In this document: positions 35,726 to 50,438 of the stretch, one piece after another
How the letters are laid out: the number at the start of each line of letters is the position of its first letter
How positions within the stretch are numbered: position 1 is the first letter of the stretch
The notes under the pieces: model-generated
The model's database searches: none
What the model was told of the DNA's origin: nothing
What the model saw: only the letters and a program-made list of their open reading frames with translations
NCBI RefSeq assembly: GCF_964355755.1
Contig: NC_092670.1
Span: forward strand, 29,748,388 to 29,812,387
Source of the DNA: Antedon mediterranea
Taxonomy: Eukaryota; Animalia; Echinodermata
Direction: 5' to 3'
DNA: 64,000 nt
Program-made: the position numbers and the translations under genes

Positions 35726-38700
35726 CTAAAGTTTTTCCCATATGATAGAACATGTAATAGAATATACCGGAGGGACACACAAGCATTGCTTTAGATGTCC
35801 AAGATCAAGGTAAAATCAATTGCCAACAAAAACGTTTACTTGATTCCCAGGAAAGCAATACCTGGGTATAGATAGATAGAGGTCAAGCTTCGATGAATTC
35901 AATTGAATCTTGTTATTTACTTTACTTATAAGGGGTTAATGTCAGCCCAATTTGCAACGAGCATCGATAGCCAATTTCAACAAAACTAAAGATTTTGCAT
36001 AACATCTCGATTGTTTAGATATTCCCATACTGTACTGTACCTTGCCCCTTTTTAGTTTCTGCCATCAATACATTATACCCCTTCTAATTCATTTCCTTAT
36101 GACCCCCTTTTTTAATATAATAAAAAATTGTTTACTGCTAAAATTTAGTGGATGATAGGTCATGCCCTAATAATTTCAGAGTTCAATGACAGTTTATTAT
36201 TTTTTGTATTGAAAATAAAATAATCATATTTATAAAATTTTAAAATATAAATAAATATTTTTCTATGGATTTTAATTTAAGAAAATAATTACTTTCATCT
36301 TTTTACTTCAAATTTCTGTTGAAAAATTTAATTTTTTAATGTCAAATGTAAAAAAGAAAATATTTATTGCCTTGCTAAGTTCATTTATTTTGCTTATAAA
36401 AAGAGAAAGCATTATTTAACGTACACATAAGTTTAATTTTATTGTTTATATTTATATTGATGTATTCGGGCCAATGCCCTACGTATAATAAATGGCCTAG
36501 GCAATGCTGGAAAGAAAGAAAGAATAAACTGAGTGTACAGGTAGTTATCAAGTACAGTATACACTAGCTACAACTACTTACTTGCATTTTGTTGACATTT
36601 CTCTTGATGATTGTACAGTATGCTTGCTAGTGTATTTCAAAAGATTAAGGATTATCTGAAAAATAAACTAACTATTCATTACCTTTTGAAAGATATTTGA
36701 ATGCGATCATCAGCCTTTGTGCAAGACTGGTTTAAATGGTAAATATTTCTAAAGTAGTTCTAACTATTAAATTCATTAGCAGTTTTGATCATTCAATCAC
36801 AGATTCATCATCTACAGTACAGTATAAAGGATTGTCTTTAGTTTAGGGCTTGTCAGACCTACTACAGAATTATTATGGTACAAATCTATTGATGTTGAAC
36901 ACCAACAATGTTTACACAACTGCACAGTATACTGTAGTACAACCATGAGGTTATAAGACAATTCCACACAGAAACTAGGCAATATATAGTGTGCATGCTA
37001 GAGTTTATACTTCTATTCATGTGTGAAAAGAGGCGTACCAAAAGGTGCTACATTGGCATTTTTACAGAATTCTGAAGGTGAAAGTGGTCGATGTATAGTC
37101 TGCGGGTATTTTAAAAAACCAATTAAATAGAGAACACATTGTTCTACATAGAAAGTGAAATGAACATCCAAATTCTCAAGTACACAATATTAATAAGGAA
37201 ATAAAATAAAATTTTTTCTGATAATTTCCTAAAATATTTAGTAATAATTTATATCAAATGTAATCTTTTCTCTTGTTGATATTTAGTGTTGTCTGAACAA
37301 TTTTTAAAAATTGTCCCTGTTGTGATGTTAAGATTGATTTGGTAAAGGTTTTGTTTCTGCTGCAAACAAATAGCCCTTTATCATTGTAGTTCCCACAATC
37401 ATCATGTTGATTATCACAGTTACACTTTTCCTACAGTTTTTAGCCCTTATCCGATAAGACTCGCCCAAAGCCAGAAGCGATTGAGTGTAGAACCTTTGCT
37501 GAATGTATGGCTGTGTTACATTCCCACTGTACTGTTTTAATCAGTCGACCACTCGATACGTTAATGCATTATTTGTCACCATTTGGCTATAAAAATCAAC
37601 ATAGTACCTGTACAAATAACTGTTTAAGATGTTCTCAAAATACATAAATTATACCCAGTGATCACATTTGGAAGGCCATAACAATGGATATCACATAATC
37701 TTGTTGAACGCTTTTGAGCCCTGTCAACTAACGGCTAGCATCTTGACCATTTTACTACCCACAGTAAATACATTGGGAATAATAATAATGAAGTGGATCA
37801 CCGTACCCACATGATTAAATCATATTTTGCTAAAACATGTTTAACAGAAAGTCTGTAATTGAGTGTTAATTGCAATAACAATGTATTGTCTGTACATTTT
37901 GGTTTGTACACATGCAGAATAGAAAACAAATATTTAACCTTCTGTTTGGCAGGTTGCCTCAATAAAATCAATACTTTATTGAAGTTGGTCGGCCTCATAA
38001 TAATCAACAATTATTATGTCATGAACTGTTGACATGCGTAAACAAAAGCTTTCATCTGAATTATGTAGTGTACAAAACATTACTCATTTTTCAAATATAC
38101 AGTAGGCATTTCAAATTATTTTTTTTTAAAGCCTTTCCAGTCAATAATCGGCAAATGAATGATGTTCTGGAAAGTAGGCGTGGTATTAGGTAGGATCTTC
38201 AGCCTAGTCCAAAATTCTATTATTGTACAACTAGGTTATGCATACTAAGAACGAAGAATTATCAGTTTAGAAATAGTAGAGTAGGGCTAGTAGGCTACAT
38301 CTCTTACATCATCATGACAACGTCGAGTAAGAAGACGGGTTTCAACTCTAACACTCAATGCTAGAAAGTAAATGTTCTATCGTTATCATTTCAAGAAACG
38401 CTAAACATCGTTGATCATTAAAAGTAAGTACAACGATGATAAAAAACAGGCTTTGGCTACCAGATTAGAGTATAGAAGAAGAGTAGAGCTCCATTGCATG
38501 CAATTCGACCAACCACAATAGTGCATCATCCAAAATGTCGCTCGTTATTGGTCAACTCACTTGTTTCGTCCAAGTGGGAACCAATGCATCTCCTCAATAT
38601 TAATTTTTTTTTAAATATTAGCTACGAGCAGAGTCTAGTTAATGCTGTAAAATCTGATGTGCTGGATGGAAAGCAGATTCTGCAAAATCTGCCATCTTTC

Positions 38701-39098
38701 TCATTTATTTTGTAACAAAATTCTAACCTATCTGAAACTACTGATGGTATATCAATATGAAAAAAAGAAAGTATAGAGCTCCCCATAGTGCCTTAACACA
38801 TTGTAAACCTTTTCCAAATGTACAATACATGTCATATCCCACATGAGAACTGGCAAAGCAATTACTGTACTGTTATTCATTGTTATAATCCAATCCCAGA
38901 TAAACCTAAAATTATTAGGATGTGGTTTACAGTAGGTGTGTAAAGTTCAAAATTTCAGCAAGTATACTCCTATTGATTAAAAATAAAAAACAATCATAAA
39001 TTGATAGTACTGTGTACTTTAAGTTATTACCTGTAGTTTTGTTTACATTAAAAATAATACAATTTACATTAAATAAATATTGTCAACATTTATGTCAA

Positions 39099-42000
39099 AC
39101 TAGACATGTAACTCGTCACTTTGACGAGTTTGGTTATCCGCCGCGCAAGTGGTGCAACATTAACATTAAGGGGATAGGTTGAGGACAAAAGGAAGTGTTC
39201 ACGTTGGCATTATGACCTGAACTGAAGAATATGATATGTTGTTATTGCTGAAATTTATTGTTTAAATTCATATATACTGTAGTATACACAGTATAATCTG
39301 TATCCATATCACATACAGTGTAGAATAGGTGAAATTACGGGACCCGCTATTTATTGCAATTTTTAACATGTTGACGGTTTTAAAATGAAACGCGAAGGTA
39401 GCAATTCCGAAAGGAAATTATCTCAGCAACAACGTATTAGCATGTAGAAGAAATTTGAATACGTGAAATATTGATGCGCGCTCGTTTAAATGTAATGAAT
39501 TATGACGCAAAAGATGAAAATACGACCTTTTTTATTTAACTGGCCATATGATGACGTCACAACATCCGATTGGCAACATTTTTACATAATTTCGTATCTA
39601 CAGTCCAATAGCTTCCAGAAAAAGTTTTAATCGTGATTATCACATTTTATTCTTACGAACTATAACAGATTAAAATTTACTGTAAAGATGAAATTAATGC
39701 CACACGTGATTTAAATTTTTAAGCACGATGACGTAAAAAAAATTAAAATATTTTTAACTCATGCGAAAGATAGTTGATTGACCTAGACAATATCAAAATC
39801 GGGGTGAAAATGGAAAACGGATAAGTGGAGATGCGCTCTATTCAATGTGATGAGCTATGACGAAAGATACAAAATCCTAAATTTTATATTTGCGTGGCCA
39901 TACGATGACATCACAATGTCCGGTTAGCCATATTAATACCTGATCCAATATCTACAACTCATCTACTTCCAGAAAATGCCATCCACAAAAAGTTGACCGT
40001 TTAGTTTAGAAATTACGACTGTTTTAAAAAAGGCATATTTTAAACGAATTTTTTAACGTTTTCATAAAAAACGCGCGCAAATTGTCCAATTCGACGTGCT
40101 CGTATGACGTATCTTTAAGTCAAAATTGTTTAAAATTTGGTAAAATTACTAGAAAAGGCTGGAAAAACATAAATCACGCGAAAAAAATACGTTTTCAATG
40201 CTACGTGCGCTCCGCACACGTAAAAATGTGCGCATGCGTGGGAATTTTTGACATGCTTAAACCGACATGAAACGCGTAGAAAGTTGATTAGAAATTAATT
40301 TTGCGCATTTTGAAATTTTAAATGCGCGTGCGCGCGTAACTTTGTGTAAAACACGCAATTTTTTTTCAACAGAAGGTTAGCGCATGATATAAATTAAACT
40401 TTTGCAAAGTTTCACTTTAAAATGTTATTTGGTTTTCGACATATGTTAAATACGAGAAAATCGTTAAATCGCGCGTACGTCACGTTGCGCGATTGTAAAC
40501 ATCATGAAAAGCTTCGCTTGACGACGTTACATAAATGTCAAAATGTTAACATAGTTAACAAAATGTTATGTTTGCAAGTTTTAGAGAAAAGCGTTACACA
40601 AAAATCATACAGAAAGAAAGAAGATTAAGAAAAAGACTAGACATGTAACTCGTCACTTTGACGAGTTTGGTTATCCGCCGCGCCGCGCAAGTGGTGCAAC
40701 ATTAACATTAAGGGGATAGGTTGAGGACAAAAGGAAGTGTTCACGTTGGCATTATGACCTGAACTGAAGAATATGATATGTTGTTATTGCTGAATTTTAT
40801 TATTTAAATTCATATATAGTATACACAGTATAATCTGTATCTATATCACATACAGTGACATACATAGAATAGGTGAAGTTACGGGACCCGCTATTTATTG
40901 CAATTTTTAACATGTTTACGGTTTTAAAATGAAACGCGAAGGTAGCAATTCCGAAAGGAAATTATCTCAGCAACAACGTATTAGCGTGTAGAAGAAATTT
41001 GAATACGTGAAATATTGATGCGCGCTCTTTTAAATGTAATGAATTATGACGCAAAAGATGAAAATACGACCTTTTTTATTTAACTGGCCATATGATGACG
41101 TCACAACATCCGATTGGCAAAATTTTTACATAATTTCGTATCTACAATCCAATAGCTTCCAGACAAAGTTTTAATCGTGATTATCACATTTTATTCTTAC
41201 GAGCTATAACAGATTAAAATTTACTGTAAAGATGAAATTAATGCCACACGTGATTTAAATTTTTAGGCACGATGACGTCAAAAAAATTAAAATATTTTTA
41301 ACTCATGCGAAAGATACTTGATTGACCTAGACAATATCAAAATCGGGGTGAAAATGGAAAACGGATAAGTGGAGATGCGCTCTATTCAATGTGATGAGCT
41401 ATGACGAAAGATACAAAAATCCTAAATTTTATATTCGCGTGGCCATACGATGACGTCATAATGTCCGGTTACCCATATTAATACCTGATCCGATATCTAC
41501 AACTCATCTACTTCCAGAATATGTCATCCACAAAAATTTGACCGTCTAGTTTAGAAATTACGACTGTTTAAAAAAAGGCATATTTTAAACGAATTTTTTA
41601 ACCTTTTCATAAAAAACGCGCGCAAATTGTCCAATTCGACGTGCTCGTATGACGTATCTTTAAGTCGAAATTGTTTAAAATTTGGTAAAATTACTAGAAA
41701 AGGCTGAAAAAACATAAATCACGCGAAAAAAATACGTTTTCAATGCTACGTGCGCACCGTACACGTAAAAATGTGCGCACGCGTGGGAATTTTTGACATG
41801 CTCAAAACGACATGAAACGCGTAGAAAGTTGATTAGAAATTAATTTTGCGCATTTTGAAATTTTAAATGCGCGTGCGCGCGTAACTTTGTGTAAAACACG
41901 CAATTTTTTTTCAACAGACAGTTAGCGCATGATATAAATTAAACTTTTGCAAAGTTTCATTTTAAAATGTTGTTTGGTTTTCGACATATTTTAAATACGA

Positions 42001-45000
42001 GAAAATCGTTAAATCGCGCGTACGTCGCGTTGCGCAATTGTAAACATCATGAAAAGCTTCGCTTGACGACGTTACGTGAATGTCAAAATGTTAACATAGT
42101 TAACAAAATGTTATGTTTGCAAGTTTTAGAGAAAAGCGTTACACAAAAATCATACAGAAAGAAAGAAGATGAAAAAAAAGATGATTTCGTACAATCACAA
42201 GAGGTTATCCTGCAACTTCGTTGCGGATAACCAATGATGATGATGATTTCGTACAATCACAAGAGGTTATCCTGCAACTTCGTTGCGGATAACCAAAAAT
42301 AAAAAGTTGATGATGATGATGATTTCGTACAATCACAAGAGGTTATCCTGCAACTTCGTTGCGGATAACCAATGATGTTGATCTCGTACAATCACAAGAG
42401 GTTATCCTGCAACTTCGTTGCGGATAACCAATAAAGATTTTGTACAATAACAATAGGTGATCATTTTATTCTAAATGATCACCTAATAAAGATTTTGTAC
42501 AATAACAATAGGTGATCATTTTATTCTAAATGATCACCTAACTAGACATGTAACTCGTCACTTTGACGAGTTTGGTTATCCGCCGCGCAAGTGGTGCAAC
42601 ATTAACATTAAGGGGATAGGTTGAGGACAAAAGGAAGTGTTCACGTTGGCATTATGACCTGAACTGAAGAATATGATATGTTGCTGAATTTTATTATTTA
42701 AATTCATATATAGTATACACAGTATAATCTGTATCCATATCACATACAGTGACATACATAGAATAGGTGAAATTACGGGACCCGCTATTTATTGCAATTT
42801 TTAACGTGTTGACGGTTTTAAAATGAAACGCGAAGTTAGCAATTCCGAAAGGAAATTATCTCAGCAACAACGTATTAGCATGTAGAAGAAATTTGAATAC
42901 GTGAAATATTGATGCGCGCTCGTTTAAATGTAATGAATTATGACGCAAAAGATGAAAATACGACCTTTTTTATATAACTGGCCATATGATGACGTCACAA
43001 CATCCGATTGGCAACATTTTTACATAATTTCGTATCTAAAATTCAATAGCTTCCAGAAAAAGTTTTAATCGTGATTATCACATTTTATTCTTACGAGCTA
43101 TAACAGATTAAAATTTACTGTAAAGATGAAATTAATGCCACACGTGATTTAAATTTTTAGGCATGATGACGTCAAAAAAATTAAAATATTTTTAACTCAT
43201 GCGAAAGATAGTTGATTGACCTAGACAATATCAAAATCGGGGTGAAAATGGAAAACGAATAAGTGGAGAGGCGCTCTATTCAATGTGATGACCTATAACG
43301 AAAGATACAAAAATCCTAAATTTTATATTCGTGTGGCCATACGATGACGTCACAATGTCCGGTTAGCCATATTAATACCTGATCCGATATCTACAACTCA
43401 TCAACTTCCAGAATATGTCATCCACAAAAAGTTGACCGTGTAGTTTAGAAATTACGACTGTTTAAAAAAAGGCATATTTTTAACGGAATTTTGAACTTTT
43501 TCATCAAAAACACGCGCAAATTGTCCAATTCGACGTGCTCGTATGACGTAACTTTAAGTCGAAATTGTTTAAAATTTGATAAAATTACTAGAAAAGGCTG
43601 GAAAAACATAAATCACGCGAAAAAAATATGTTTTCAATGCTACGTGCGCACCGCACACGTAAAAATTTGCGCACGCGTGGGAATTTTTTACATGCTTAAA
43701 ACGACATGAAACGCGTAGAAATTTGATTAGAAATTAATTTTGCGCATTTTGAAATTTTAAATGCGCGTGCGCGCGTAACTTTGTGTAAAACACGCAATTT
43801 TTTTTCAACATAAAGTTAGCGCATGATATAAATTAAACTTTTGGAAAGTTTCAATTTGAAATGTTATTTGGTTTTCGACCTATGTTAAATACGAGGAAAT
43901 CGTTAAATCACGCGTAAGTCACGTTGCGCAATTGTAAACGTCATGAAAAGCTTCGCAGCACATCTTCATGTGCATGACGATATGTTGAGAAAGTTACAAA
44001 ATGTTATGTTTACAAGTTTTAGAGAAAAGCGTTCCACAAAAATCATACAGAAAGAAAGAAGATCAAGACTAGACATGTAACTCGTCACTTTGACGAGTTT
44101 GGTTATCCGCCGCGCAAGTGGTGCAACATTAACATTAAGGGGATAGGTTGAGGACAAAAGGAAGTGTTCACGTTGGCATTATGATCTGAACTGAAGAATA
44201 TGATATGTTGTTATTGCTGAATTTTATTATTTAAATTCATATATAGTATACACAGTATATTCTGTATCCATATCACATACAGTGACATACAGTGTAGAAT
44301 AGGTGAAATTACGGGACCTGCTATTTATTGCAATTTTTAACATGTTGACGGTTTTAAAATAAAACGCGAAGGTAGCAATTCCGAAAGGAAATTATCTCAG
44401 CAACAACGTATTAGCGTGTAGAAGAAATTTGAATACGTGAAATATTGATGCGCGCTCTTTTAAATGTAATGAATTATGACGCAAAAGATGAAAATACGAC
44501 CTTTTTCATTTAACTGGCCATATGATGACGTCACAACATCCGATTGGCAACATTTTTACATAATTTCGTATCTACAATCCAATAGCTTCCAGAAAAAGTT
44601 TTAATCGTGATTATCACATTTTATTCTTACGAGCTATAACAGATTAAAATTTACTGTAAAGATGAAATTGATGCCACACGTGATTTAAATTTTTAGGCAT
44701 GATGACGTCAAAAAAATTAAAATATTTTTAACTCATGCGAAAGATAGTTGATTGACCTAGACAATATCAAAATCAGGGTGAAAATGGAAAACGAATAGGT
44801 GGAGATGCGCTCTATTCAATGTGATGAGTTATGACGAAAGATACAAAAATCCTAAATTTTATATTCGCGTGGCCATACGATGACGTCACAATGTCCGGTT
44901 AGCCATATTAATACCTGATCCGATATCTACAACTCATCTACTTCCAGAATATGTCATCCACAAAAAGTTGACCGTCTAGTTTAGAAATTACGACTGTTTA

Positions 45001-47262
45001 AAAAAAGGCATATTTTAAACGAATTTTTTGACCTTTTCATAAAAAACGCGCGCAAATTGTCCAATTCGACGTGCTCGTATGACGTATCTTTAAGTCGAAA
45101 TTGTTTAAAATTTGGTAAAATTGCTAGAAAAGGCTGGAAAAACATAAATCACGCGAAAAAAATACGTTTTCAATGCTACGTGCGCACCGCACACGTAAAA
45201 ATGTGCGCACGCTTGGGAATTTTTGACATGCTTAAAACGACATAAAACGCGTAGAAAGTTGATTATAAATTAATTTTGCGCATTTTGAAATTTTAAATAC
45301 GCGTGCGCGCGTAACTTTGTGTAAAACACGCAATTTTTTTTCAACAGAAAGTTAGCGCATGATATAAATTAAACTTTTGCAAAGTTTCACTTTAAAATGT
45401 TATTTGGTTTTCGACATATGTTAGATACGAGAAAATCGTTAAATCGCGCGTATGTCACGTTGCGCAATTGTAAACATCATGAAAAGCTTCGCTTGACGAC
45501 GTTACATAAATGTCAAAATGTTAACATAGTTACCGAAATGTTATGTTTGCGAGTTTTAGAGAAAAGCGTTACACAAAAATCATACAGAAAGAAAGAAGAA
45601 GAATAACTAGACATGAAACTCGTCACTTTGACGAGTTAGTTATCCGCACGACAAACGCCACGTGCACGTCATACATTGGACACAGAAAAAGATTATGGCA
45701 TATTGACATGAACTGAAGAGTATAATATGTTGTTAGTGCTAAATGCTGTATATTTTGTGTCATATACTATTTACAGTATACATAGTATAATCTGTATACA
45801 TATTAATACAGTGTAGGATAGGCGAAATTACGGGTCCCGTCATTTATTCCAATTTTTAACATGGTGACGGTATGAAAACGAAACACTGATATAGGAATTT
45901 CGGAAGGAAATTATCTCAGCAACAACATATTAACGTGTAGAAGAAATTTGAATACGTGAAATATTAATGCGCGCTCTTTTAAATGTAATGAACTATGACG
46001 CAAAATATGAAAATACGACTTTTTTTATTTAACTGGCCATATGATGACGTCACAACATCCGATTTGCCAAATTTTTACATAATTTTGTATCTACAATCCA
46101 ATAGCTTCCAGAAAACGTTTTAATCTTGATTATCACATTTTATTCTTACGAGCTATAACAGATTAAAATTTTCTGTAAAGATGAAATTAATGCCACATGT
46201 AATTTAAATTTTTAGGCATGATGACGTCATAATAATTAAAATATTTTTAACTCATGCGAAAGATAGTTGATTGACCTAGACAATATCAAAATTGGGGTGA
46301 AAATGGAAAATGGATAAGTGGAGATGCGCTCTATTAAATGTGATGAGCTATGACGAAAGATACAAAAATCCTCAATTTTATATTCGCGTGGCCATACGAT
46401 GACGTTAAAATGTCCGGTTAGCCATATTAATACATGATCCGATATCTACAACTCATCAACTTCCGGAATATGTCATTCACAAAAAGTTGACCGTGTAGTT
46501 TAGAAATTACGACTGTTTAAAAAAAGGCATAATTTTGACAAATTTTTGTACTTTTTCATAAAAAACGTGCGCAAATTGTCCAATTCGACGTGCTCGTATG
46601 ACGTAACTTTAAGTCGAAAGTGTTTAAAAGTTGGTAAAATTACTATAAAAGGCTGGAAAAAACTAAATCACTCGAAAAAAATATGTTTTTAATGCTACGT
46701 GCGCACCGCACACGTAAAAATGTGCGCACGCGTGGGAATTTTTTACATGCTTAAAATGACATGAAACGCGTAGAAAGTTGATTAGAAATTAATTTTGCGC
46801 ATTTTGAAATTTTAAATGCACGTGCACGCGTAACTTTTTGTAAAACATGCCATTTTTAGTGCACTAACAGTTTGCCCTTCATATGACTTAAATTTTCATA
46901 AAGGGTAAAAAAAAAATTACTCTTGGTCTTTAAGCTATGATCGATCATTAAAAATCATAAAATCGCGCGCAAGTCACGTTGCGCAACTCTGACGTCATTC
47001 AAAATAGGAGATGCACAACTTCACGTAAATGCCCACATGTTGTCAAAGTTATAAAATGTTATGTTTACACATTTTAGAGAAACGTGACTCACAAAAAAAT
47101 GGGAAAGAAATAAGAAGAATACAGAAAAAAAAAAAAAAAATATTGATCCACTACAATCACAAGGAGTTATCCGCTACTAAGCGGATAACTAAAAAGTTGA
47201 TGATGATGATGATTTCGTACAATCACAAGAGGTTATCCTGCAACTTCGTTGCGGATAACCAA
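39099..47262 (-). mobile_element. Head-to-tail stack of five ~1.5-kb Helentron-type elements (family A) plus isolated 5' termini
   Basis: Units begin (3' end, ACTAGACATG.AACTCGTCACTTTGACGAGTTT.GTTATCCGC) at 39099, 40636, 42541, 44068 and 45606. 5' termini (GGTTATCCTGCAACTTCGTTGCGGATAACCAA) end at 42234, 42296, 42372, 42431 and 47262, with a variant at 47192. Confidence 0.9.
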
Positions 47263-47918
47263 CTAGGTAATTCAATTACTATAGAGAAATAGTAATAGAC
47301 TACCAACTCCACTTTTGGTTCAATGTATAATGTGTTTTACTTGGATTTCGTAGAAATTTAACCAATCATTATATTCTGAAAATTAATAAAATCACATGAT
47401 ACTGAATACGGTGCACCACCCTGCCAAAGATAAATCAATTGCCTTAGAAATCACTCATCTGGGGAAGAAGCATGTGTAATGTCATCATCTTTTATGTTGT
47501 AAAATCATTTGCACCATGTGTTGGTGAGCATGTGAGAAAATAATATTCAATGTTGACTGTTGCTAAGGTTAGAACAGTTAATAGAACTGTGCAATTCCAT
47601 AAACAATGCGTTTATCTGTCTGTTTTGCAACAACTGTGACTATAAAAATTTAACATCAATTTTACTTGTTTACCAATTGTTGAATATCATTGAGGGTGAG
47701 CAATTATAAGGCCAATTACAAACAGTTGCACATTTTTAACACTTCCAATTTGTTTACATCAGCACATATTCTGTAAGGAATACAATACTGTAGGCACTGT
47801 GATGTAGCCAGGGATAACATTGTATGCTATGAGCTATCAGACAGAGGTTCCAAGATGGAAAAATAAATTTTCGGGTAATTTTTAAAAACATGACCAAACA
47901 ATAGAGGCACTATAACTA

Positions 47919-48676
47919 CAGTCGACTACGCCTAAGTCGAATCTAAAGGGACCGGTATAAAAATTTGAGTTACGCGAACTTCGACTTACAGATTTGAAGA
48001 AAAAAATGCAAGGCCTAGGCCTATGTTCACTCACTAGCTGCGCTTTGGCTAGGCCTAGTAGACCCTGCCCTGTCGCGATTGCGGCCCACGCGATGAGCCT
48101 TCTTGAATTGAGTTTGCTTAGCTAGCTAGTTAGGCCTAATAAATGCTAAGCCTCTTTTATCGGCAATGATAAACGGTATTTTTTTTTATGGTTTAAGCCC
48201 GAAACAATACGAAAACGTATAATAAATAAATTTCGGTTCTTATTCAAAATCGGTATCCATTGTTTATTGCCATCTGTCTAGCACAAAATGGGTACCCACA
48301 AAACGCCACTCAAGTTCTCAACTCTGAAACAACTCATACACTATACACTAGCGCGAGTTGTGTACAACCTGCTTGAGAGAACCGATATGGTCCTACATTA
48401 TCCCCTCTGTCGTTTGTTTATCAAATTACGTACGTTTCATTGGCTTTTTTAGCGCGTTGTTGCCGCGTGATTTGTGACTTCGACTTATACGATATAAATC
48501 ACTAAAGAATGTGTGTATTCGGAGTGACGTCGACTTAGACGAATTTCGACTTAGAAAAATTTGACTTGCAAATAAAAATTACACAGTAATGTATAGGAAA
48601 GAATTGGGACTTTCATAAAAATTCGACTTTCGCGATTTTTCGACTTACGCGAATTCGACTTTGGCGGAGTCGACTG
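47919..48676. mobile_element. Tc1/mariner (pogo/Tigger-like) MITE
   Basis: TA|CAGTCGACTACGCCTAAGTCGAAT ... ATTCGACTTTGGCGGAGTCGACTG|TA, with subterminal TTCGACTT repeats. Confidence 0.85.
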
Positions 48677-50438
48677 TATTTGGCATAAGCTATGGGCACC
48701 GGCACTATAAAAAAGTGGATTATAATAGTATATGTTTTGTCAGTGTGCCATCTCCAAACATGATCCAATTGGTATCAGTTGCTTTACAGGTCACTGTGTG
48801 GTATAGACCCTCAAGTAATCTTTTCAATTTGAATGAAGTACGTAGGCATTTTATTCACTATGCCAGCCAGTGTTTCTCTGCATAGTGCTGAATAAACCAT
48901 TTATTTCAAAATTAATGTAAAAATAGTTTTTGCTCAACAGTGGGTGGTCATTGACAGAAATCATTAGCAGTACCCAAAATGCAATGAGCTCTGGCAGTCA
49001 ATTCAAACATTTAGTTGACTCAAGGTCAGTGGCTGTCAATCAAATAAACATTATTTTGCTTTTCAACTAAAAGTTAAACAGCAAATAATTGGTTATATGG
49101 TGTTATAACACTGAATTGATTGGGTGTTTTTAACAATTATTTTCAGGCTACTATGTCCTGTTACTGCTGCCAAGAAATTGGGATAATTTATTCACAAGGT
49201 TAATACACATTTCCAAGTTATATACATAAAATGTGAAAATGGCCAGTCCATTACTTATTTTGGTGACAATGTTTTGCACACTCTCAAAGGGTGCAGTCTG
49301 TAGGCAAAAGAATGGGCCAAGAATGCTTTTGTTTTCTTTCATTGAATACAAGGGCGTTGCTGTAAACAGTGCAAGCAAGCATTTGTTAATTCTGTAAAAT
49401 ATAAGAATTCATTAACCCTAAAAATTGGGGGACCTCACAAATCAGTAGGAGGTCACCTTGCCAACAGTTATAAATTAATTAAAATTGTTTAATTTAATTG
49501 GACTGCAGAAACAGCAAAACTGATACAGGGAATCATAACAGTAGACCTATTTTTACTTTCAGATGTCATATATGATTATTATTATTATGGCAAAAAAGTA
49601 ATTTGATTGCATTATTAATTTCTATCCTTTTTCAATAAACAATATTGTATTTTTCGTAACCTTTCTGTATACTCATTATAATGGTAATTGTGGTTTTTGT
49701 TATGAACAAAATTACACTAATATATTGGCTTGCAAGATTTCGCAAGTACTGTAGTATTTAGTACAGTAATACCTAAATCATGTGACCTTTGAACTGCTCT
49801 GATCCTTTTAATGCCCTTTCAAGGGATTACTTATTGTCTGTCTATAGACTATGGTACTCTACAACATGATACAGTGCTCTTTCTTATACATCTCCCTGCC
49901 ATAGATAATTACAAGCCTAGTCATCCCAAAGATTTAAAGGTGTGCTTATGTCGACATGGAACTCAATTGACATAAGCACGCTCCGAGCAACCGAACTCAA
50001 CTGACTGGCACACAAAAAATGTCAATATACTGTAAGCATACAGTTGTTCTCTTTTTTTCGGAACTGAAAGGAAGTGAGTGCATCTAAAAACTTTGAATCA
50101 CGATCAGTGGTAACCGGTTTTATTTTAACCAGTTTGATGTTACCAAATAAGTGCTTGTGCACACTGGTTCATATCATGCATGATTTGCACGTTTTGGTAA
50201 TCACGACTAGTTACAATCATTTCTACAGTAGTGTCAAAATATATTGTTGGAATCCCTTTTATACATTAACAATATTAAATACCCTTCTGTGAGAAGTGGT
50301 CTAGACTGTCAATAATGCCTATTTATTTACCAAAATATATTTTGCAATGTATTTATGTGTGAAAAGGACTAAGCAGTAGGGATGAAAATATTGATTTCTG
50401 GTAGAATTTACACTTTAAAGTGAAATATGATGGTCTTA

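Noticed and set aside
40082-47292. Recurrent short ORFs (MLFGFRH..., MSNSTCSY...) suggesting a gene cluster
   Set aside because: They recur only because of the tandem HINE units; stops and frames differ between copies and there are no protein motifs
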